From a virus, in IMG/VR virus record IMGVR_UViG_3300000303_000014, positions 1 to 63,482 of that record: 63,482 nt of DNA; one strand, given 5' to 3'. Below, one piece after another: positions 17,982-24,997 of this stretch; positions within the stretch are counted from its first letter, which is position 1, and each line of letters starts with the position of its first letter. The translations under genes and the position numbers were made by a program. The notes beneath the pieces were generated by a model. That model was given only the letters and a program-made list of their open reading frames with translations. It was not told where the DNA came from and searched no databases.

Positions 17982-19646
17982 ATGACTAATCGATTTATCA
18001 ACGTCCAAAAAAACAAGATTATGGCAAAAGGATTGAAAATTCAACTTCCTTCGGCAGTCACAGACGCAGAGGGATTGCACAAGCTCGAACATTATTACGG
18101 TATCGAGTTCACGCGCGGAGCGAGCAACGGCGGCGGCGACAACGGCTACCACAAAATGATTGGCGATGAAACGCTATTGAAGGAAATGCGTTTCCATAAC
18201 CAAATGAAAATTGTAACCGTCGGCAAGGACGCAGCCATTAAGAGTACGCTCAACCAAGTGAACTGGAACAAAATGGACAGCGGCGATGCTTCTGTCATTG
18301 ACGGCAGCGATGACACGGATGTAATCCAAGCACACACCAAGAACGTGTACGCCATCATAGGCGGAACAAACCCGACCTACGAGCGTTACATCGTGTCAGA
18401 CCAGCCTTTCACCTATGACGGGGACGAAGCAAAAGAGTATCTTGCCTACGGTGAAACTCCCGACTACGTTACATTGCTGAACGGTGTAGTGCGTTCAATT
18501 CGCAATGATGACGTGGACGGAACCCACGGAGCAGGAAACGGAACGAACCACAGCAGCGCAGGATATGGCACGGCAGAAGCCGGCGGCTACCCAAAAACAC
18601 AGTTAAGCCGTTTTGCGTTCGAGCAATATGCAAGAGCAAAAAACACCGACCCGAACAGCAACCTTCCGTATATGAACATCTGTAATCAGGATGTCGAATT
18701 GACACAAGCATTCATGTTCATCGAGTTCAGGACGAAACAGCTCAACGGCATACTCGGTCACGGCATGTCAACCGTCTCCATACCCACGAAAGAAACTTGG
18801 GGAAAAGTGAGCGGCTTCCGTATCACTACCGACAACGGTGCTACATATAAGTATGTAGGACTTGGCACGAACCTCTACCTCAACAGTTCAACAACAGGCA
18901 CTACCATGTGGGCAATCCTCAACGGCTCATGCCCGCTGCTCAAGATGTTCGAGGCACAATTGGCCGTATCAAACGGTGACACGCTTGAAGCCGTGAACAA
19001 CTCGGACGGCGAACCGGTACAAGGCTTGTCTGACGGCGTAATGACAGGTATTTGGACAAAGACGTTCTCATTCAAGGTGAACGCTTCGCTCACATCCGGC
19101 GGCGCTCCTGAACTGCTCAGCGTGGATGCTGTATTGCGTGTTCCCGTATGGCGCGGCAGAACACGCCTGTGGGGAAACTGCTCACAATGGTACAGTGGTT
19201 ATGAACTCCTGCGTTACCTTGACGAAGGTGGTCTGACCCATCACAAGATTTACCGCTCGCCCAGCGTGGAAGCATTGGTAAAAGACAGCGATGTTACAGA
19301 CAAGACGGAAGAAGGACAGTTTGAATTCGAGAAAAAATACAACTATCTCGGAGAATTGCCTACCATCACCGTAGATGCCGGATATTGGGCAAAAGAGACC
19401 CATAAGGACGGCGACATATCCACTCCATTGGTAAAGACCGGCGGAGGCGCACTCAGCACCTACGAGAGTGCATTCTTCTGGGCGCAGAAACACCCCACAG
19501 CAGGTACGTACTCCCGTCGTGGTACTCTCTTTGGCGGCTATGCGAACGAGAGTCTTGCCGCCCTCCGTTTCGCGACTTGCTTCAATTCGCCCTCGCTTGC
19601 GTTCACGAACCTCGGTTCCGGCTTCCGTGTGGAGCTTTCCGACTGA
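17982..19646 (+). CDS. DGR target protein, a probable receptor-binding tail protein with a C-terminal variable region
   Basis: A 554-aa ORF; an alternative ATG lies at 18021. The last 40 or so codons are the VR, reading RGTLFGGYANESLAALRFATCFNSPSLAFTNLGSGFRV, a pattern typical of C-type-lectin-fold DGR targets. Confidence 0.8.
   Translation: MTNRFINVQKNKIMAKGLKIQLPSAVTDAEGLHKLEHYYGIEFTRGASNGGGDNGYHKMIGDETLLKEMRFHNQMKIVTVGKDAAIKSTLNQVNWNKMDSGDASVIDGSDDTDVIQAHTKNVYAIIGGTNPTYERYIVSDQPFTYDGDEAKEYLAYGETPDYVTLLNGVVRSIRNDDVDGTHGAGNGTNHSSAGYGTAEAGGYPKTQLSRFAFEQYARAKNTDPNSNLPYMNICNQDVELTQAFMFIEFRTKQLNGILGHGMSTVSIPTKETWGKVSGFRITTDNGATYKYVGLGTNLYLNSSTTGTTMWAILNGSCPLLKMFEAQLAVSNGDTLEAVNNSDGEPVQGLSDGVMTGIWTKTFSFKVNASLTSGGAPELLSVDAVLRVPVWRGRTRLWGNCSQWYSGYELLRYLDEGGLTHHKIYRSPSVEALVKDSDVTDKTEEGQFEFEKKYNYLGELPTITVDAGYWAKETHKDGDISTPLVKTGGGALSTYESAFFWAQKHPTAGTYSRRGTLFGGYANESLAALRFATCFNSPSLAFTNLGSGFRVELSD
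19517..19631 (+). repeat. DGR variable repeat (VR)
   Basis: A 115-bp repeat with 100 matches to the TR. All 15 mismatches lie opposite TR adenines. Confidence 0.9.
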
Positions 19647-19682
19647 CGAACGGCGAAACCCAAGACGAAAACCGAAAACCTA

Positions 19683-19704
19683 CCTCTCCGCTCCGGCGGA
19701 GAGG
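19683..19704 (+). promoter_or_regulatory. Hairpin downstream of the VR, a candidate DGR target-recognition element
   Basis: cctctccgc-tccg-gcggagagg forms a 9-bp perfect stem with a 4-nt loop, about 50 nt after the VR end. There is no T-run. It is flanked by T-poor A/C-rich repeats. Confidence 0.5.
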
Positions 19705-19793
19705 TCTTAAACCGAAAACGCAACCCAAGCCTAAACCGAAAGCCGGACGTGGCTGTAGGGAGGACAACGATTTCAAAATTAAAATTAGAGAAT

Positions 19794-20120
19794 ATGGAAA
19801 GACAAATTTATTTTGCAGAGAAGCCCCAGCCTTTAGAATGGGGAGAAAAAAGAATAGTTCCTCTGAACATTAATGAGGAAGTGACCGTAGGCAGCGACGG
19901 TGCCATGCGAAAAGGCTACCGGGCCGACCTTGTGCCGAAAGTGAAGCAGCCGCTGACGGTTGAAAACATTGTTGACGCGGCCATCGCCGCAGAATACAGC
20001 GAAGATGCGTTGAAGCGCATCATGCGCAACTTGGCCAAAAGCGATGACGCGGAAGTGGAGAAATACAAATCTTTCGTGAAAGAAATCACCGAAGCGGCCA
20101 AGGAGGCAGGTTATGAATAA
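19794..20120 (+). CDS. Hypothetical acidic protein in the position normally occupied by DGR avd
   Basis: A 109-aa ORF from ATG 19794 (MERQIYFAEKPQPLEWGEK...); the listed 19749 start is GTG. It lies between the VR and the TR and does not resemble a basic four-helix-bundle Avd. Confidence 0.55.
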   Translation: MERQIYFAEKPQPLEWGEKRIVPLNINEEVTVGSDGAMRKGYRADLVPKVKQPLTVENIVDAAIAAEYSEDALKRIMRNLAKSDDAEVEKYKSFVKEITEAAKEAGYE

Positions 20121-20134
20121 AAAGTAGAGTTGTC

Positions 20135-20172
20135 GGGAAGTCCTGAAACGGGATGACCATTCAGGACTTCCC
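20135..20172 (+). terminator. Hairpin between the accessory ORF and the TR
   Basis: gggaagtcctga (20135..20146) pairs with tcaggacttccc (20161..20172), a 12-bp perfect stem with a 14-nt loop. Confidence 0.4.
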
Positions 20173-20203
20173 TCTCTTACTCCGGCAACGGTTGTCTGTG
20201 TAA

Positions 20204-20318
20204 TCGTGGTACTCACTTTGGCGGCAATGCGAACGAGAGTAATGCCGCCCTCCGTTACGCGAATTGCAACAATTCGCCCTCGAATGCGAACACGAACATC
20301 GGTTCCAGCTTACGTGTG
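20204..20318 (+). repeat. DGR template repeat (TR)
   Basis: A noncoding copy of the VR that would read RGTHFGGNANESNAALRYANCNNSPSNANTNIGSSLRV, rich in AAT/AAC codons. It lies 210 nt upstream of the RT gene. Confidence 0.9.
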
Positions 20319-20528
20319 AAAGCAAAAAAACAGAAAGAGTACATTCACAGAGACCCCACCAGCATGGTGAAAAACGACAGACAAGACAACGGGAAGGTTA
20401 TCAATTAACATCCACAGACGAGGTTGTCCGCTTATTAGTAAACAACCGTTTGTATGGTTGTTGGAAGTTAGCGAAAAAGGCTCACACGGGCACTTTGGTA
20501 AAAATAGTAATGCACAAAGTAGCTATCA

Positions 20529-21827
20529 ATGAAAAGATTGAAGAATGTTTGGAGTAAGATATGTGACGAATCACTTTTGAGGGATGCCATCTTGAACGCC
20601 TCGAAAGGCAAGATGAAATACCGCAAGGTAAGAAGGAAGGTGAAGCGAGTGGACATATACGCCAAAAAGCTATCGGACATGCTTGCAAGCGGTAAATTCA
20701 CTCCATCGCCTTACAAGGTGGACAAGATAAAGACAGAATACGGCAAGGAAAGGGAGATATTCAAGTTGCCGTTCTACCCGGACAGATGCGTACAACACGG
20801 CATAAGCATAGTAATGCGTCCGAGATGGGACAAAAGCCTTACGGCGGACACATACGCCTGCCTGAAAGACAGAGGAATAAACTGCAAGAAACGAAGATTC
20901 AACCTGAACCGCAAGGTAAGAAGTGCCATACGCAGCTATAAGCATAGGAAAGTGTATGTACTGAAGATAGACGTAAAGAAATGTTATCCAAGCGTTGACA
21001 ACGCCATACTTGCCGAGCGATACAGAAGGTATTGTGCCGACCCGTCGATGTTACGCCTTATGGATGACATCAACCATAACGGCAAAGGACTTCCGATAGG
21101 CAATTTCCTCTCGCAACTGTGGATAAACATCTACTTGGCACCATTGGACAGGTTTGTGAAAGAAGTGCTTAAAGCAAGACACTACTTCCGCTATATGGAT
21201 GACATAGTGATACTCTGCGAGGACAAGGCGACACTGCACGAATGGATGTGGAGAATACAAAATTTCCTTTGGTATGTGTTGCACTTGGAACTTAACTCTA
21301 AACGTCAGATATTCCCTTTGGGGTACAACCTGACGGAAAGAGGGCTGGACTTTGCCGGTTATGTGTTCCGTCATGACAGCACGATGGTAAGAAAACGCAT
21401 CAAGCAAGCCTTTGCACGGAGAAGGCACAAGCCAAAGAGCATACCAAGCTATATGGGTATCCTGCAACATTGCGATTCGAAAAACTTAGTAAACAAAATC
21501 GTAAAAAGAGACAATGACATGGAATTATCAGAACTGTTGAAAAGAAAGATTGAACGTCCGTTCGAGGGCGACAACATAAAGATAGAGGCCATTGTTGACC
21601 GGCCGATTGAAGTGTTGGACTTCCAAGTGCGGCCCAGCGAGAAGAAGCCGAACACCGACTACCTGAAGATGCAGATACGCTTCGAGGGAAAGAAGCGTTT
21701 TGTAGGCGGCGGTTACCAATTCCTGTGTGAAGTGTTGAAGCAGATAGACAAGAGCAACCTTCCGTTCAACACCATTATCCGCAACAAGCGCGGGTATTAC
21801 TTTGAGGGTACAATAGACGAGGAATAA
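20529..21827 (+). CDS. DGR-type reverse transcriptase with a C-terminal extension
   Basis: It carries LPIGNFLSQLWINIYL (the DGR-specific [ILV]GxxxSQ motif), the catalytic motif YMDDIVIL, and the fingers motif FYPDRCVQHGI. At 432 aa it has roughly 110 aa beyond the thumb region. Confidence 0.9.
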   Translation: MKRLKNVWSKICDESLLRDAILNASKGKMKYRKVRRKVKRVDIYAKKLSDMLASGKFTPSPYKVDKIKTEYGKEREIFKLPFYPDRCVQHGISIVMRPRWDKSLTADTYACLKDRGINCKKRRFNLNRKVRSAIRSYKHRKVYVLKIDVKKCYPSVDNAILAERYRRYCADPSMLRLMDDINHNGKGLPIGNFLSQLWINIYLAPLDRFVKEVLKARHYFRYMDDIVILCEDKATLHEWMWRIQNFLWYVLHLELNSKRQIFPLGYNLTERGLDFAGYVFRHDSTMVRKRIKQAFARRRHKPKSIPSYMGILQHCDSKNLVNKIVKRDNDMELSELLKRKIERPFEGDNIKIEAIVDRPIEVLDFQVRPSEKKPNTDYLKMQIRFEGKKRFVGGGYQFLCEVLKQIDKSNLPFNTIIRNKRGYYFEGTIDEE

Positions 21828-21831
21828 GACC

Positions 21832-22389
21832 ATGTTGTTTGACCATGATTCTGTAATGGAAACTGGCACGAGAGCCGTAGGCATATCCCTGTTCGGCAGC
21901 GAGCTGGTAAGCGTGATGACGGACGCACGCTGGATGCTGCTTGCCATCACCATTTGCGTAATGGCGGACTTCCGCTACGGTTGGGGAGAGAGCAGCAAGC
22001 GATACAAGCGGGCTAAGGAGAAAGGCGATAAAATCGTCATGGCGCAGTATAAATGGCGCACGTCAAGGGCAATGCGCCGGACGGTGAACAAGCTCATTGA
22101 TTACTTTATGTGGGTAACGTTGGGCATGTTCTTCGGCTGGGCGATACTGAAACCGTTGGGTGTGGATCACGTTATGGGCGGAGTCGTCGCCACGGCTGTT
22201 GCCATAGCGTGTGAGGCAAAATCTTTCTGCGGCCACTTCTTCTACCTGCACGGAATAAAGATAGAAGAAAAGTCGGTGAAAGGATTTCTACGTGCTTTTG
22301 TAGTAGCCTTTGCCAAGCGAAAGAACGAGGACTTGGGCGAGGCTTTGGAAGAGGGATTTAACAGTAACGATAAAACAGAAACGAAATGA
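21832..22389 (+). CDS. Holin (three predicted TM segments)
   Basis: A 185-aa ORF with hydrophobic segments WMLLAITICVMADF, FMWVTLGMFFGWAIL and GGVVATAVAIACEA and a charged C-terminus. It overlaps the amidase gene in an ATGA arrangement. Confidence 0.55.
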   Translation: MLFDHDSVMETGTRAVGISLFGSELVSVMTDARWMLLAITICVMADFRYGWGESSKRYKRAKEKGDKIVMAQYKWRTSRAMRRTVNKLIDYFMWVTLGMFFGWAILKPLGVDHVMGGVVATAVAIACEAKSFCGHFFYLHGIKIEEKSVKGFLRAFVVAFAKRKNEDLGEALEEGFNSNDKTETK

Positions 22390-22829
22390 GAAGTATCAAA
22401 AGGATTTTCGTGCATTGCACGGCAGGGAGCCAGCGTCAGACGGTGGCAGACCTTCAGGCAGAGTTCAAGCGTAAGGGATGGAAACACCCCGGCTATCACT
22501 ATGTGGTTCAGTCTGACGGGAAAATCACCCAGTTGCTCGGCGAACAATTCGTGAGCAACGGCGTGAAAGGCTACAATTCGACGGCCATCAATGTGGCCTA
22601 TATGGGTGGCATTGACGCAGAGGGAAAGGCCACGGACAACCGCACGGACGCGCAGAAAGAGAGTCTGCGGAAGCTGCTGAAACTGCTGAAAAGCCGTTAC
22701 CCCAAAGCGGAGATAATGGGACACAGGGACATCAGTCCGGACACGAACGGCAACGGAAAAGTGGACAGTTGGGAAAGGATTAAGGAGTGCCCCTGCTTTG
22801 ACGCTAAGGAAGAGTATAAAGAGATATGA
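22386..22829 (+). CDS. N-acetylmuramoyl-L-alanine amidase endolysin (T7 lysozyme / PGRP family)
   Basis: IFVHCTAG, GYHYVVQSDG, GYNSTAINVAYMGG, MGHRD and ECPCFD align with the conserved blocks of T7 lysozyme. Confidence 0.85.
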   Translation: MRSIKRIFVHCTAGSQRQTVADLQAEFKRKGWKHPGYHYVVQSDGKITQLLGEQFVSNGVKGYNSTAINVAYMGGIDAEGKATDNRTDAQKESLRKLLKLLKSRYPKAEIMGHRDISPDTNGNGKVDSWERIKECPCFDAKEEYKEI

Positions 22830-23353
22830 GAGCACTGGGAAGAATGGGGCAAATGAGCCTGATCACGTTGGCTGTTATGGCGGCTATCCTATTGGCCGGA
22901 TGCAGGAGCGTGAAGTATGTGCCGGTGTACATACAGAACGACAGCACGGAAACCCACGTAAAGACTGTGACGGAATACGTTAAGGACACGTTGCCCGTCA
23001 AGATACCTGCACAGACGGCAGAACGGACAACCGCCGACACAACGAGCCATCTTGAAAACGACTATGCAGAAAGCTACGCACGTATCAATCCGGACGGAAC
23101 GCTGTACCACAGCCTGATGACGAAGCCACAAGACTTGGAGGTGGAGTATGACAAGCCCATACAGCGTACGGACAGCATCGTCAACAGGAAAGGCACGACC
23201 ACCGTTGTACGCACCGTGGAAGTGGAACGCGAACTGACGTGGATAGAACAGGGGCAGATATACGGCTTCCGCATATTGGCCGTACTTATCACCGTATGGC
23301 TGATATGGAGGTACAGGAGCAAGATAACAAACCTAATACGCAAACTGATATGA
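22826..23353 (+). CDS. Unimolecular spanin-like lipoprotein
   Basis: It has a lipobox (LLAGC) after a signal peptide and a single C-terminal TM (FRILAVLITVWLIWRY). It lies directly after the endolysin with an ATGA overlap. Confidence 0.55.
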   Translation: MRALGRMGQMSLITLAVMAAILLAGCRSVKYVPVYIQNDSTETHVKTVTEYVKDTLPVKIPAQTAERTTADTTSHLENDYAESYARINPDGTLYHSLMTKPQDLEVEYDKPIQRTDSIVNRKGTTTVVRTVEVERELTWIEQGQIYGFRILAVLITVWLIWRYRSKITNLIRKLI

Positions 23354-23799
23354 ACGAACATGTATTAAAGATAAAGAAAGAGGACGTGTATAACGAAGTG
23401 GCCAAAACCACCTCGTACACCGGTGCCAAAATGGAGGACGATGCGGCATACGAGCGCATCTTCACCACTGCGGAAGACAAGACCATGCTGGAGAGGTTTT
23501 GGAACGAGAGCAAGAACGCCATTGCCGGAAGCCTGAAAAAGTTTCTTGCAAGCGAAACGGAAACGGACGGCACCTATACGCTGACTTTGGAACTATCCGC
23601 CTCGTTTGACGATAGCCTGTTGGAAAGCATGGAGCGCAGCCTGTTCAGCTTCTTTGTGATGAACATCACCGCCAAATGGTACACGTTCACCAACAAAAAT
23701 GAGGCAACCGACTATGCGGCAGGAGCGGCCACGAACTTGGAGGACATCATGCGCAAGGCTTTTTTCAAGAAAAAGCCCCGGAGACCGACATACAACTAA
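23350..23799 (+). CDS. Hypothetical protein, paralog 1 of 3
   Basis: ATG 23350 overlaps the spanin stop. The C-terminal block reads FFVMNITAKWYTFTNKNEATDY...KKPRRPTYN. Confidence 0.65.
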   Translation: MNEHVLKIKKEDVYNEVAKTTSYTGAKMEDDAAYERIFTTAEDKTMLERFWNESKNAIAGSLKKFLASETETDGTYTLTLELSASFDDSLLESMERSLFSFFVMNITAKWYTFTNKNEATDYAAGAATNLEDIMRKAFFKKKPRRPTYN

Positions 23800-23820
23800 G
23801 TTAAGAGTTAAGAATTAAAA
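23800..23820 (+). repeat. Tandem heptamers (gttaaga gttaaga attaaaa) right after the stop codon
   Basis: Read directly from the sequence. It is the same element as 9705..9739. Confidence 0.65.
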
Positions 23821-23829
23821 TTTACGACT

Positions 23830-24342
23830 ATGGCTGAGAACAAAAAGACACTGACAGTCACCCAAGAGGTGAAAGAACTGATGTATGACATCATGAACAA
23901 AGCCTACCTGACCGGTCAGGCACGAGAAGCCGGAGGAATGACCTATGAGGCCAGTTCGAACATGCAAGCCTCTGAGGACAACGAGAACAGCTACCAGTTG
24001 AGGCGCAGCCTTGCCAACGCATTCAGCAGCCTGAAAAGCCTGCTCGGTGAATACTTGGACGAGGACAAGACATCCTCAAACGACCGTATTCCCACAGAAA
24101 TTGACAATGACGGGCAACTGGTATTGGCATTCAAACTGCCCTCGAACTACAACAACGCATCGGCAGACAGCCTCGGCAACGGCATACACGCCTACTTGGT
24201 GGACATGGCCCTGTATGAATGGTTCACCATCACGAACAAGGCGGACGCACAGGACTACCTGAACCACTCGACGGCCAGCCTTGAAACGGTGAAACGCGCT
24301 TTGTACAAGAGAAGCCGCCCGACACGTCCGACATACAATTAA
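23830..24342 (+). CDS. Hypothetical protein, paralog 2 of 3
   Basis: The C-terminal block reads YLVDMALYEWFTITNKADAQDY...KRSRPTRPTYN. Confidence 0.7.
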   Translation: MAENKKTLTVTQEVKELMYDIMNKAYLTGQAREAGGMTYEASSNMQASEDNENSYQLRRSLANAFSSLKSLLGEYLDEDKTSSNDRIPTEIDNDGQLVLAFKLPSNYNNASADSLGNGIHAYLVDMALYEWFTITNKADAQDYLNHSTASLETVKRALYKRSRPTRPTYN

Positions 24343-24359
24343 GTGAAGAGTGAAGAATT
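24343..24359 (+). repeat. Tandem heptamers (gtgaaga gtgaaga att) right after the stop codon
   Basis: Read directly from the sequence. Confidence 0.6.
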
Positions 24360-24890
24360 ATGGTGTACTGCTGCGGAAAAGAGCCAAAACATAAGGAAGC
24401 GACCTTGACCTTCAAGCGAGCCGAACTAATCTACGATGCGAGCAACTACTCGTTCGTAGAGGCGGACATCATGCCGGAGGGTGACGAATGCAGACGGCAT
24501 CAAGTGTTCGACATCGGGCAAGCAGGTAACGTGGACCGGGTGACAAGGGTGCTGAACACCGCCCATGCGGAATGCGTGGAAATGCTCTATCCCTACACGA
24601 AAGAGGAGATACCCGACGAGCAGGAGGCATTGGACGATGTACTGAAAGAGCCTGAAACTTACGAAATAAAGCTGACATTGCCGGAAACATTCTCACTGAC
24701 CACCCTACGGCTGCTGGAAGAGCTGATACACGAATACTTGGTGTGTAGGGTGCTTGCCGACTGGATGAGCATCACCAATCCGGAGAGCGAAGCAAACTGG
24801 CAACGGAAGTTCACCACGCTACGTGAAAAGATACGGACGGCATTGGTGTCAAGAACCAAGATGATAAGACGGAAACTATCACCGTTTTAG
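24360..24890 (+). CDS. Hypothetical protein, paralog 3 of 3 (more diverged)
   Basis: The C-terminal block reads YLVCRVLADWMSITNPESEANW...RRKLSPF. Confidence 0.7.
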   Translation: MVYCCGKEPKHKEATLTFKRAELIYDASNYSFVEADIMPEGDECRRHQVFDIGQAGNVDRVTRVLNTAHAECVEMLYPYTKEEIPDEQEALDDVLKEPETYEIKLTLPETFSLTTLRLLEELIHEYLVCRVLADWMSITNPESEANWQRKFTTLREKIRTALVSRTKMIRRKLSPF

Positions 24891-24997
24891 GATTGTTATT
24901 ACCAAATAAGCAAGAGCCGAGGTGCATCACGCATCCCGGCTCTTTCGTTACAATCTAATTAACCTTAAAAACTAAACTAACCTATAAACAATACGTT

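Larger units (their letters stand above)
19517..21827 (+). mobile_element. Diversity-generating retroelement cassette (VR, accessory ORF, TR, RT)
   Basis: The combination of an adenine-specific VR/TR pair with an adjacent DGR-type RT. Confidence 0.88.

Noticed and set aside
19794-20120. Calling this ORF Avd because of its position in the DGR.
   Set aside because: Its composition is acidic rather than basic, and the apparent secondary structure does not fit the Avd four-helix bundle. It is reported as a hypothetical protein and flagged as a finding instead.
20264-20557. A 97-aa ORF overlapping the template repeat (MQQFALECEHEHRF...).
   Set aside because: It is out of frame with the VR-equivalent reading and overlaps the TR, the spacer RNA region and the RT start. 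DGR TRs are noncoding.
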